Shown here: positions 1 through 8,795 of the stretch, piece by piece
Numbering within the stretch: position 1 is the first letter of the stretch
Layout: every line of letters begins with the position of its first letter
Source of the DNA: Candidatus Thorarchaeota archaeon
GTDB lineage: Archaea; Asgardarchaeota; Thorarchaeia; Thorarchaeales; Thorarchaeaceae
Assembly: GCA_019057475.1 (NCBI GenBank)
Contig: DXJO01000038.1
Coordinates: 59,725-123,724 of the forward strand
Direction of reading: 5' to 3'
Length of the DNA: 64,000 nt
Program-made: the position numbers and the translations under genes
Notes under the pieces: model-generated
Database searches by the model: none
Seen by the model: the letters and a program-made list of their open reading frames with translations, nothing else
Told to the model about the DNA's origin: nothing

Positions 1-894
1 AGTTGCCAAGTACCTCCTGATATCAGAGAGCACTGTATTGACCTCGTTGCTGACTTCCCCTAGGTGTTTCCTCTTCTCCTCATCGAGCACCTTGTGAATA
101 TAATATTGAGGAGCAAGAAAGAACACGCAGATCGTTCCCACAGCCATGATGAGTCCTAACGCGGGTATGAAAGCTGTTAACGGGTTCGCTTGACCCACTG
201 TATGAACAACATAGACAAGAAGCGGCATTATCAACAGCAGCAGCGTGGAATACATGAACACACCTTGGAGGAGCACTTCAGAGAAGGTAACAAGTCCGCC
301 GGCTCGATCGGGTGATATTGGTTCCACGGAGATTTTCAAAGTTCTCCCAATCTCTTTTGAAACCGAAATAATTACGAGGCCTATCCAGATTGCTATTCCA
401 AACATTGGCAGCATGACCAGGCTGAACTCCACAATTGCAAGGTACAACCATGGAAACGAGAATGGAGGAAAGGGAAGAAGACCGTTAGGCATGGTCGGCA
501 TGACAAAGAGAAAAATCGAAGCGATCGCGAGAATGACGAAAGGTATCCCGGGCAAAATACCCCTTGGGCTGCTCAACCGTTTGAATATACCATTGAGATA
601 TTCTTCGAATTCATCATCCTCAATCACAAAGACATACCTAATCTCTCTAATTTTCATCTCTAATGTCCTGTAGTAGCTATCTAGGAAATACAGACCCACT
701 GCTATAATCAATGAAAAATCCAACTGGGCAAGATGGATAAACGAGAAGAATATGTCTGCCAGATTTCCTGTAGATGCAGCCACTACCAAGAAGATTAGGT
801 ACGTTGTAGCCCAGACCACCAAGATAGATTGTCTGAGTGTAAATGGGCCCTTCGAAAGAACCGCAATTATTGGGTGCGCTCTATTTTGATTCAC
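1..894 (-). CDS. Multi-pass membrane protein, hypothetical; 3'-truncated by window edge
   Basis: Not in ORF track because no stop is in the window. Hand translation from GTG at 894 (MNQNRAHPIIAVLSKGPFTLRQSILVVWATTYLIFLVVAAS...) is in frame with the left end (...IMAVGTICVFFLAPQYYIHKVLDEEKRKHLGEV...); several hydrophobic segments. Confidence 0.75.
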   Translation of the reverse strand, partial: MNQNRAHPIIAVLSKGPFTLRQSILVVWATTYLIFLVVAASTGNLADIFFSFIHLAQLDFSLIIAVGLYFLDSYYRTLEMKIREIRYVFVIEDDEFEEYLNGIFKRLSSPRGILPGIPFVILAIASIFLFVMPTMPNGLLPFPPFSFPWLYLAIVEFSLVMLPMFGIAIWIGLVIISVSKEIGRTLKISVEPISPDRAGGLVTFSEVLLQGVFMYSTLLLLIMPLLVYVVHTVGQANPLTAFIPALGLIMAVGTICVFFLAPQYYIHKVLDEEKRKHLGEVSNEVNTVLSDIRRYLAT

Positions 895-1360
895 AGACGA
901 CCCCAATTGCACACGATTCCGCTCCCGGATATTCATTGATACCGCCCCTTTTGTATCTCACGTTCCATGGTAGTTGGCCAGTGAAATCGTGTCACATGCC
1001 CAGAATCCACCTCAAGTGTATTCGGAAAGGCGAAGAAAAGTACTACGAGCAAGCTGTTTCTATAAACAAATGGCCAATATAATAAAAATACTAAACGCTA
1101 CCTTTTCTTGAGAAACACTACGGCAATGATGACGATTGGCAGCATGAAGAAGGCAACCCTGGAGAGGGGCCAGGATTGAATCCACTACATAGGGCAAGTG
1201 ATTTATTACAAAGATGGCGTATTGTTATTTCGCGTTTTGGATTCATGAAAAGCCTCAAGTTCTTGGACGGCATTCGCTGCCAGTAGAAACCTAGTATCAG
1301 TCGAAACAAGCCATGTCAATCCAATGATAGATTATAGCGAAGCACAATTAATGGTCCAGG

Positions 1361-2590
1361 TCATTTCTTGCGAGTCGGATGCGACTTTGCTGATATAATG
1401 CAAATAACGTCTCGATCCTTGAGAGCGTGCTTGTCACTGATTTGCATCTTTGTCCGTGCATCGATGGCATGTATGAAGCTATCCATTAGATCTGTATGAA
1501 TGACGCCAGCGAATTCCTTAGCTGTTATTCCTTTGGGCACCAAAAAGACATCTGGCAAGACGTTTCCATCCCCATCCGCAAGGGCATTGGCATCGTGCAC
1601 GGGGTAGACAGTTATCATATCTAGGAAATCGAAAACGGCTTTGTTCAACAGGTTCTGTACACCAGTGCCTCCATGCTTCTTGAGAATCTCTTCTCTTATC
1701 TTCTCCAGCTGAGCCAGCTCGGCCTCATTGAGCACATCGGCTTTCGTTATCTCGAAATCATCATCGCCGGGGATGTAGCGAATCACACCTTTCTTGTCCA
1801 AATCCTTGAGCGCCTTTTCAGCCAGAGCGCTCACGGGAACGACCAGTAGCTCGGGAAAGGTCTCCTGCAGGCGCTTGAAGTTCTTTTCAGAAGTGGGCCT
1901 GTCAATCTTGTTGGCCGCTATGATTATCGGCTTTGCTATCCTCTGCAGAGTCCTGACGAATTCCTTTATCTCTTCTTCAGTCCAGTTATCTGCAGCTTCG
2001 GCCTTCAGTCCTGTGTCCCGAACTGCCTTGAGTATGTGTCCTCTGGATATCTTGAGCCCCGAGAGTTTCTCCAGAAGTAACTCATCGAGTTTCGCTCCTT
2101 CAGCTCTAACCCGCCCAACGATTCTCTTCCAGTCTTTCTGGACAATGGCTAGTGTCCACGCAGTAATCTCTTCCTCCAAGAACTTCACATCTTCAACGGG
2201 ATCATGACTGCCTGCATCCATCTCTTGGCCCTCGGCGTCCAAGGCCCCGCTAGCGTCAACAATATGAATCAGAACATCTGCCTGTCTAAGGTCGTCCAGA
2301 AACTGATTACCCATCCCCCTCCCCGCATGAGCACCTGGTACTAAGCCTGGCACGTCAATCATCTTGATGGGTACAAGCCTGATGCCATCAATACAGATCG
2401 AATTCTGTGGGTTATCTGTCACATCGAAGTCTCTACATGCGCACTGCGTTCGGACATGGGTCACGCCCAAATTAGCCTCGATTGTTGTGAATGGATAACT
2501 CCCTACCTTGAAATCGGTCATACAGGCTGCATTTGTGAAAGATGTCTTGCCACATGAAGGCTTGCCAACTATACCAACACTGAATCCCAT
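1361..2590 (-). CDS. ychF: YchF/Obg-family ATPase/GTPase (archaeal), C-terminal TGS domain
   Basis: GIVGKPSCGKTS P-loop, YPFTTIEAN, DVPGLVPGAHAGRGMGNQFL, ANKID, C-terminal TGS-like IHTDL. Confidence 0.93.
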   Translation of the reverse strand: MGFSVGIVGKPSCGKTSFTNAACMTDFKVGSYPFTTIEANLGVTHVRTQCACRDFDVTDNPQNSICIDGIRLVPIKMIDVPGLVPGAHAGRGMGNQFLDDLRQADVLIHIVDASGALDAEGQEMDAGSHDPVEDVKFLEEEITAWTLAIVQKDWKRIVGRVRAEGAKLDELLLEKLSGLKISRGHILKAVRDTGLKAEAADNWTEEEIKEFVRTLQRIAKPIIIAANKIDRPTSEKNFKRLQETFPELLVVPVSALAEKALKDLDKKGVIRYIPGDDDFEITKADVLNEAELAQLEKIREEILKKHGGTGVQNLLNKAVFDFLDMITVYPVHDANALADGDGNVLPDVFLVPKGITAKEFAGVIHTDLMDSFIHAIDARTKMQISDKHALKDRDVICIISAKSHPTRKK

Positions 2591-2722
2591 CGTGACTCAC
2601 TTCCCTTGTACATTACTAGATTGCTCACCCTACATGATAAATCATTACTCTAACGTCTAGATAACACGTTCTCCTCTCTCGGCAGTCTAAGCGCTTCTCT
2701 CGTTCCATACCGATGAGTTTTT

Positions 2723-2762
2723 ATGAATCCAGATTCACAACCTAGTATGAATCCAGATTCAT
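2723..2762. promoter_or_regulatory. Tandem palindromic operator pair TGAATC-N2-GATTCA
   Basis: ATGAATCCAGATTCA occurs identically at 2723-2737 and 2747-2761 (24-bp spacing), just upstream of the ATG at 2780. Confidence 0.75.
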
Positions 2763-2779
2763 TATACAGGGTGTGAAAA

Positions 2780-3253
2780 ATGGCGAAAATTTGTGTAACC
2801 TCTCAAGGTAACGACCTAGCTGCTCCTATCGATCCTCGGTTTGGTAGATGCGCTTACTTTATTATAGCCGACTCAGAAACCATGCAATTCGAGGCTATCT
2901 CTAACTCGGCCATGCGTGCCTCTGGCGGTGCCGGTATCCAAGCCGCACAGACGGTTGCATCAATGGGTGTGGAAGCCGTGATTACTGGTAGTGTTGGCCC
3001 AAACGCCTATCCCGCACTTCAGAATGCTGGCATTGAAATCATGACTGGCGTATCAGGCACAGTTAAGGATGCAATCGAGAGCTTCAAGCAGGGATCACTG
3101 ACCAAGCTTGCTACTCCCGGACCGACCCAAAAGGGTTACGGAGTTGGAATGGGTGGCGGCATGGGTGGCGGTATGGGCCGTGGTGGCGGGCGTGGTCGCG
3201 GCGGAGGACGTGGTGGAGGACGTGGCGGCGGTGGAGGTCGCGGTAGGTGGTAG
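2780..3253 (+). CDS. NifB/NifX-family (MTH1175/orange-protein-like) protein with Gly/Arg-rich tail
   Basis: IDPRFGRCAYFII, GGAGIQAAQ, VITGSVGPNA; C-terminal GGGMGRGGGRGRGGG tail. Confidence 0.9.
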   Translation: MAKICVTSQGNDLAAPIDPRFGRCAYFIIADSETMQFEAISNSAMRASGGAGIQAAQTVASMGVEAVITGSVGPNAYPALQNAGIEIMTGVSGTVKDAIESFKQGSLTKLATPGPTQKGYGVGMGGGMGGGMGRGGGRGRGGGRGGGRGGGGGRGRW

Positions 3254-3255
3254 AA

Positions 3256-3624
3256 ATGACGAGTAAAGTCTTAATCCCAACTGATGATTCAGAAGGAAAA
3301 GTGGTTGCTGCGCATTTCGGTCGCGCTCAATACTTCACGGTATTTGATTTAAACGACGATGGTTCGGTTTCTGCTAAAACGGTTCATGCCAGTACTAGCG
3401 AACACTCAGGCGGTAGGGGACATGCGCACGATAATGTGCTGAACTACCAGCCTAACGTCATTATCGTAAGCGGGATGGGCCCCCGAGGAATTAGAAGTTT
3501 CGAGAGTCAGAATATTGCTGTCCTTAGGGCAAACAGCCACTCAGTCGATGACGTCGTAGCCTCTTTTGTCAAGCGAGAGCTTGAAGAGCTCACGGAAGGC
3601 TGTGCAGACGCACATCACAAGTAG
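3256..3624 (+). CDS. NifB/NifX-family protein
   Basis: AHFGRAQYFTVFD, IIVSGMGPRG, His-rich EHSGGRGHAH. Confidence 0.88.
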   Translation: MTSKVLIPTDDSEGKVVAAHFGRAQYFTVFDLNDDGSVSAKTVHASTSEHSGGRGHAHDNVLNYQPNVIIVSGMGPRGIRSFESQNIAVLRANSHSVDDVVASFVKRELEELTEGCADAHHK

Positions 3625-3638
3625 ACAGCAATCAAATC

Positions 3639-4487
3639 GTGGAGAAGTGCATCCTGTTGATTGTTGCAGTGGCTAGTGGAAAGGGTGGTACAGGCAAGAC
3701 CACCGTGGCAGTAAATCTTGCTCTTTCAATCGGAAGTGCAAGGCTGCTTGATTGCGATGTTGAGGAACCGAATGCGCATACTCTGCTTCATCCTGCAGAC
3801 ATAGAATCAGTTCCCGTACTATCTCCAACCCCAGTGATTGATTCTGAGAAGTGCACATTATGTGGCAAATGCGCTGAATTCTGCGAGTTCAACGCACTCT
3901 TTGTAGGAAAAACAGACGTTCTTGTCTATGAGGAACTCTGTCATTCTTGCGGTGGCTGCACACTTGTTTGCCCTGAGAAGGCTATCACCGAAGTCGGAAG
4001 GCAGGTCGGTGAAGTACACTCAGCTGACATTGGCGATATTAAGTTGGTCTATGGCGCCTTGAAGGTGGGAGAACCCATCGCTACCACTTTGATTAAGGCA
4101 GTGAAGAATGAGATAGATCCAAAGGCTATCAATATCCTAGATGCTCCACCAGGAACTGCCTGCCCTGTGATCGAGGTCATGAGGGAGAGCGACTACGTGA
4201 TCCTCGTTACAGAACCAACGCCCTTCGGACTTCACGATCTCGCGATGACTGTCGATGTAATTCAGAAACTGGGAATTCCATACGGTTTGATAGTGAATAG
4301 AGCTGGCATTGGCGACGATAAGGTTCGCGCGTACTGTGCAGAACAAAATATACCAATACTTCTTGAGATTCCCTTTGACAGGAAGATTGCCGAGTTGTAC
4401 TCCAGAGGAGTGCCTTTTGTTCTGGAGATGCCCGAATGGCCAGAGAGATTCAGGGCTGTATTCGAAGATATCAAGGAGGCGCTCTAA
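3639..4487 (+). CDS. MinD/Mrp-type P-loop ATPase with inserted 2x[4Fe-4S] ferredoxin domain
   Basis: SGKGGTGKTT, DCDVEEPN, CTLCGKC...C and CHSCGGC...CP, DAPPGTACPV, EPTPFGLHDL. Confidence 0.92.
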   Translation: MEKCILLIVAVASGKGGTGKTTVAVNLALSIGSARLLDCDVEEPNAHTLLHPADIESVPVLSPTPVIDSEKCTLCGKCAEFCEFNALFVGKTDVLVYEELCHSCGGCTLVCPEKAITEVGRQVGEVHSADIGDIKLVYGALKVGEPIATTLIKAVKNEIDPKAINILDAPPGTACPVIEVMRESDYVILVTEPTPFGLHDLAMTVDVIQKLGIPYGLIVNRAGIGDDKVRAYCAEQNIPILLEIPFDRKIAELYSRGVPFVLEMPEWPERFRAVFEDIKEAL

Positions 4488-4488
4488 G

Positions 4489-5355
4489 ATGGTCGTTGAG
4501 ATTGCCATCATAAGTGGGAAGGGCGGCACGGGGAAAACAACGATAGCTGCTGCTTTCGCAGCCATTGCAGGCAACCTAATACTGGCGGACTGCGATGTCG
4601 ATGCGCCCGATCTACACATTCTCCTTCATCCAGAAATTGTGACCAAGACGGATTTTGTGGGCTCCAAAGTCGCCTACATAGACCCAGAACTATGCACTGA
4701 ATGTGGGCTCTGTTCGGAGCATTGTCGCTTTGAGGCTGCACACCCTCCAGAGATTGACCGAATGGCATGTGAAGGCTGTAGTGTCTGCGCCTTTGTATGT
4801 CCTGAGCATGCAGTAGAGATGAAAGACCGCGTGTCTGGACATCTATTCGAGTCAACTACGCGCTTCGGACCGATGTCTCATGCAAAGCTGCTGCCTGGTG
4901 AAGGCAACTCAGGAAAGCTAGTCACAGATGTGAGACAGCTTGGCATGAAGCTCGCTTCGGCCGCTGGAAAGACGCGAATCCTTATCGATGGATCTCCGGG
5001 AATTGGATGCCCAGTAATCGCAACAGTCACTGGACTTACCATGGGGGTTGTCGTCACTGAGCCTACACTCAGTGGGGTTCACGATATGGAGCGCATTCTT
5101 TCTTTGCTGCAGCGCTTCAACGTGAAATCCGGAGTGATAATCAACAAGTACGACATTAACATAGAAAATACAGAGCAGATTGAGAAGTACTGTGCAAGCA
5201 TTGGGGTCACAGTTCTCGGTCGAGTTCCATTCGACCGAACCATGACAAAATCAATGGTCGCCGCAAAGACGGTACCTGAGTTCGCACCCAAGCACGAACT
5301 CACAGAAATCTTGACTAAGATCTGGGGTAGAATTGAAAAGAACCTACCCAAATAA
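4489..5355 (+). CDS. Second MinD/Mrp-type P-loop ATPase with ferredoxin insert
   Basis: ATG at 4489 just after previous stop; SGKGGTGKTT, DCDVDAPDL, CTECGLC, CEGCSVC, NSGKLV, DGSPGIGCPVIA. Confidence 0.92.
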   Translation: MVVEIAIISGKGGTGKTTIAAAFAAIAGNLILADCDVDAPDLHILLHPEIVTKTDFVGSKVAYIDPELCTECGLCSEHCRFEAAHPPEIDRMACEGCSVCAFVCPEHAVEMKDRVSGHLFESTTRFGPMSHAKLLPGEGNSGKLVTDVRQLGMKLASAAGKTRILIDGSPGIGCPVIATVTGLTMGVVVTEPTLSGVHDMERILSLLQRFNVKSGVIINKYDINIENTEQIEKYCASIGVTVLGRVPFDRTMTKSMVAAKTVPEFAPKHELTEILTKIWGRIEKNLPK

Positions 5356-5364
5356 GAAGCGGGA

Positions 5365-5398
5365 GCGAAGGTGGGACTAGTCCCACTCCGCCTTTCGC
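5365..5398. terminator. Hairpin between convergent genes
   Basis: Perfect palindrome GTGGGACTAGTCCCAC (5371-5386) inside an imperfect GCGAAG...TTTCGC outer stem. Confidence 0.5.
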
Positions 5399-5707
5399 CT
5401 ATTGCTGCTCTAGTTCCTTCATTCTCTCTTCTATTCGAGAGAGGGTTTCCTGCAACGACTTTAGCTGGGCTTCCATCATGTCCTTCTGTTGCTGCAGTGT
5501 CTGAATGTTACTAGCAACAACTGGTCGCGCAGCTGCACTGCTTCCTACAGCTGGATTCCAGTAACCTAGACTCCAGCAGGAGCCCGGCCCATAGAGCCAG
5601 CCCGGTCTCTCCCATGGGGGGAGATGACTGAACGGTCCATTGCCTGGCCAACGGCCTCTACCGCCGCCACCACGACCGCCTCTGCGACCATAACCACCAT
5701 ATGCCAT
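5399..5707 (-). CDS. DUF5320-like protein (Gly/Arg-rich N-terminus, C-terminal coiled coil)
   Basis: GYGRRGGRGGGGRGRW, GPFSHLPPWERPGWLYG, heptad C-terminus; typical neighbour of NifX/DUF134 clusters. Confidence 0.75.
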   Translation of the reverse strand: MAYGGYGRRGGRGGGGRGRWPGNGPFSHLPPWERPGWLYGPGSCWSLGYWNPAVGSSAAARPVVASNIQTLQQQKDMMEAQLKSLQETLSRIEERMKELEQQ

Positions 5708-5736
5708 TTTTCCAATTCACCTTCAAGTTCCTATTT

Positions 5737-5752
5737 TTGTGCATATACACAA
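5737..5752. promoter_or_regulatory. Near-palindromic operator TTGTGCATATACACAA between DUF5320 and DUF134 genes
   Basis: 16-bp inverted repeat with one mismatched pair; half-site TGTGCATA repeated at 5762-5769. Confidence 0.6.
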
Positions 5753-5851
5753 CATTATTTCTGTGCATAGGAACGAATTTAAGTATGTCGCTTATGATGA
5801 CTAACGGCGCGGCGACTCATGCAAATCGAGCACCGCATGTGGGTGAACTCA

Positions 5852-6166
5852 ATGCATAGAAGACGAAGGGGTCAAAGAGGTAGATTTCCAATTCAACCTA
5901 ACATCAAAGAACATCCTATGGCACGCCGGTTGATTCCTGAACCCTTAGTAGATGATAGAGCACTATACCTAGATCTTGCGGAAGCTGAAACTCTCAGGTT
6001 AGTCGATTTGGAAGGACTGTACCAGGAGCAAGCCGGAGCGGTCATGGGTGTATCCAGGGGCACAATATGGCGGCTTCTCTTCAGCGCGCGGCAGAAGGTG
6101 GTGCGGTCAATCTATGAGGGGCGCCCATTGGTGATTGGACTTCCTGATAGTCCCGATGAGAACTGA
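5852..6166 (+). CDS. DUF134 (UPF0251) HTH DNA-binding protein
   Basis: LDLAEAETLRLVDLEGLYQEQAGAVMGVSRGTIWRLL..ARQKV..SIYEG. Confidence 0.9.
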   Translation: MHRRRRGQRGRFPIQPNIKEHPMARRLIPEPLVDDRALYLDLAEAETLRLVDLEGLYQEQAGAVMGVSRGTIWRLLFSARQKVVRSIYEGRPLVIGLPDSPDEN

Positions 6167-6427
6167 GCGGCGCTCTTGCAGCCGCGGAATAGTATTCAAT
6201 CTGTCCTGTCCGTTTGTTAAGTACCAGTAGTAAAATCGTTACCGTTGAGCGGCACGTTTCGACAGTCGAGATACCTTGCTCCCTCTTGCTTTTGCTAGGC
6301 CGCGTTGGAACACCACTAGAACGCATCCTTGAAGCACTCTGTCGTGCTACACTGGCTTATATGTAAGATTTCAAAGTTGATATTGGAGAGGAACGTGATT
6401 CAGTCAAGTGTGTCTAGCCATCCGGTA

Positions 6428-6832
6428 ATGGTCGATGAGTTTGTTCTACTGCGCAGGCCAGCCGTTCCTCGCTTTTGGGATTCTGATGCAAGGCCGCATG
6501 TTGCTGCCATACTGGATGATCCTGTGACTGGAAAGAAGATGCGGTACTATCTGTCTACATTTCCTCAGGGCAATGTCACAGGTCGCATACCGCTTGAGGT
6601 AGTTGATATAGACGCACTTGGGCTTACAGAAGGCACCGGCCTTGAGGTGCGATTTGATGACATGAGATCCAATCTATACAAGCTGGAGCTTGTCGAGAAT
6701 GTGCCATGCTGGCGATGGGTAGGCCGCAGTAGAGGACTGCAGGATGTCGAATACCCGCCGTCCATTGAAAGAGCGTGGGGGAATCTCGTGTACGATGCCA
6801 CAGCTGGAGCAGACGAGCTCGTGAAAAAATAG
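6428..6832 (+). CDS. Hypothetical protein
   Basis: Protein-like 134-aa ORF (ATG 6428; track start 6329); no recognised motif. Confidence 0.6.
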   Translation: MVDEFVLLRRPAVPRFWDSDARPHVAAILDDPVTGKKMRYYLSTFPQGNVTGRIPLEVVDIDALGLTEGTGLEVRFDDMRSNLYKLELVENVPCWRWVGRSRGLQDVEYPPSIERAWGNLVYDATAGADELVKK

Positions 6833-6902
6833 ACCGTTCTCTCACTTGACCAGCTTTTTCGTAGGATAGAAAAACATTGACCTCATTGCTACAGAGGAAG
6901 TG

Positions 6903-7190
6903 CTAATGGACAACTTCCAATTGCTCCTTCTCAATCCCCTTGACAATCTCAAGGATTCGTCTTCCTCTGGCACTTATCCTGTAGAAGTCACCCGCTTCAG
7001 TGAATACATGATCTACAAGTGCAAGTCTGTCCAGGTTTGCAACTGCTCTTGAAACCTGCGGATTGTGTGAAACTCTCAACGCTTTTTTCAAACTTGTGAA
7101 CGTCATCTCACTCTCACCTAATGATTCCAAGATTTTCAATGACCATTTATGATTCAATACTTCTTTCAATATATCAACAGTATTAGTCAT
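6903..7190 (-). CDS. HxlR-like winged-helix transcriptional regulator
   Basis: LNHKWSLKILESLGESEMTFTSLKKAL...VSRAVANLDRLALVDH...YRISARGRRI; start placed at ATG 7190 because the region upstream holds operators. Confidence 0.8.
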   Translation of the reverse strand: MTNTVDILKEVLNHKWSLKILESLGESEMTFTSLKKALRVSHNPQVSRAVANLDRLALVDHVFTEAGDFYRISARGRRILEIVKGIEKEQLEVVH

Positions 7191-7206
7191 TTCAACCACA
7201 CAACCA

Positions 7207-7243
7207 GTAACATTAGCGTTACCATCAGTAACAATAACGTTAC
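7207..7243. promoter_or_regulatory. Tandem palindromic operators GTAAC-N6-GTTAC
   Basis: GTAACATTAGCGTTAC (7207-7222) and GTAACAATAACGTTAC (7228-7243), 21-bp spacing, beside the AT-rich TATA-like TTTAAGTATA (7251-7260). Confidence 0.75.
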
Positions 7244-7286
7244 TTGGCGATTTAAGTATATCCATTGATTCATACAAGGTTGTAGC

Positions 7287-7889
7287 GTGGTAAGAGCGAT
7301 GTTTCGTGAGGAACTCAGTGAACAAGGCAAAGCAGAAGATCAAAACATCGCCCTCTGGAAACGTGATCACGTTGTCTTTCTTCTTGGCTCCGGTTTTCCC
7401 CCAGAAGCCTTGGAATTCAGGAAGAAAGCAGGGAAGGCGCTCAAGGACCGTGGATACGATATTCTTGTGATGGGGGAGCTAGATGGGGCTCCGACTGAAG
7501 ATGACAGCAAGGAGCTTGCAAATGAGAAGTTTCGGCGAATATTGAAGAACTATAGACCGAACTTGTTTCTAATTCTGGTCAGTCAGAGTCTGCCAGCTGC
7601 CAATGGGGTGACCTACGAGATTGCCACACTTATTGAAAGACATGGAATCAAGAAGGCAAGTAGTATGATTCGTATGTGTGCCAAGAAGATAAAATCTGAT
7701 GGGGACTCGGATCAGAGCGTGATTAATGAATTGATTTCAGCTGTAATTCATTACATGATGTACCTACAACTACTCAATCAGGCTGGCTTCAAACTGGATG
7801 TCATTGAAGAGGATTTCTTGTGGACCGCAACCCTTGAGATAACTAAGGAACCAGATGAACAGCTCTTCGATATTCTCATCCCGTCCTAG
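7287..7889 (+). CDS. Hypothetical protein, putative nucleoside 2-deoxyribosyltransferase/TIR-like alpha/beta fold
   Basis: VFLLGSG...R...LKDRGYDILVMGE...LFLILV...GVTYEIA pattern recalls NDT-like folds; fold call is inference. Confidence 0.55.
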   Translation: MVRAMFREELSEQGKAEDQNIALWKRDHVVFLLGSGFPPEALEFRKKAGKALKDRGYDILVMGELDGAPTEDDSKELANEKFRRILKNYRPNLFLILVSQSLPAANGVTYEIATLIERHGIKKASSMIRMCAKKIKSDGDSDQSVINELISAVIHYMMYLQLLNQAGFKLDVIEEDFLWTATLEITKEPDEQLFDILIPS

Positions 7890-8048
7890 TCTGGAACTCT
7901 CGTGTTCCTTGGCAGGTCAAGATTATTACTAGTCTGGTTGATTTATGTAATCAGACTGTGAACGCCCTTCTGATATCAGCAGGCTGTGTTTGGCAAGTAT
8001 TAAAACCAAGCTCATCAATAGGTTATGCTCACTCAAGGAGGTGAAAGA

Positions 8049-8342
8049 ATGCCTATCTTTGTAATCCTTGCAAAGTTCACAACTGAAGGTATCAAGGGAA
8101 TAAAGAAAGCCCCAGAGCGGCTTAAGGCTGCTCAAGAGATTGTCAAATCTGTTGGTTTTGAGATTAAGGGCGCTTACTATACGATGGGCCGATACGACTA
8201 TGTTGCCATTGTCGAGGGACCATCTGTCGAAGCCGCGATGAAAGGTCTGTTCATGCTTGGTACTGGAGGAGTAGTTAAGACCGAAACTCTTGTTGGACTC
8301 TCAATGGAAGAAGCTTTGAAGGTCATTTCAGAGCTACCTTAG
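8049..8342 (+). CDS. GYD domain-containing protein
   Basis: FVILAKFTTEGIKGI...YYTMGRYDYVAIVEGPS...VKTETL; RBS GGAGGTGA upstream. Confidence 0.9.
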   Translation: MPIFVILAKFTTEGIKGIKKAPERLKAAQEIVKSVGFEIKGAYYTMGRYDYVAIVEGPSVEAAMKGLFMLGTGGVVKTETLVGLSMEEALKVISELP

Positions 8343-8571
8343 TGAGTCCTCCCTGGTATATGTCAATTAGCACTGGCACCGCATCAAGTAGAATGCACCA
8401 TAGTCCACCCGCCAGTTGAACATTCCTGTGTCGTCAATTTTCCGGTGTGCAATTCACCATCAGCCATTTTTAGTCTCTTTTGTTTCATGGAGTATGCACC
8501 TATTTGGTGGCTTGTTACAAACTGAGCGAGATCCAGAATGCAATCCACAGTATCATCATCGGCGGGTTTGG

Positions 8572-8633
8572 AGAAATGGTGGCGGGTGGTCGATTCGGAT
8601 GGCCAATCTCGAGGCTATGGGCCCTACGGGATA
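8572..8633 (-). repeat. Degenerate intron-less copy of the 3' two-thirds of tRNA-iMet (att-like pseudo-tRNA)
   Basis: 8577-8633 aligns ungapped to the spliced tRNA at 42/57 nt, CAT anticodon retained; the flanking AGAAA is also shared. Confidence 0.8.
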
Positions 8634-8795
8634 CGAAGGTATGCGAACGCCCTTCTGGGCAACATTCATCTCCTTATGATACGACGTAGTTATGGACCCG
8701 ATTGGGCGTCACACAATCGCCTGGTATGATTCTGTTCGCCCTGCTGCTTCGAGTTCGAAATCTGTGAACGCATCGACACGGCATCAAGAGCGGAG

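Noticed and set aside
245-1309. Track ORFs 245-673, 843-1082 and 1118-1309
   Set aside because: The first is an antisense shadow of the minus-strand membrane protein; the others are short with no protein-like motifs.
4309-4488. Long N-terminal extensions of the second MinD-type ATPase (and similarly of map paralog 2 from 35701)
   Set aside because: They overlap the upstream gene out of frame; homology starts at the downstream ATG.
8405-8414. Inverted 10-bp match (CCACCCGCCA) to the att-like repeat, and a partial match near 9736-9750
   Set aside because: Too short to distinguish from chance.
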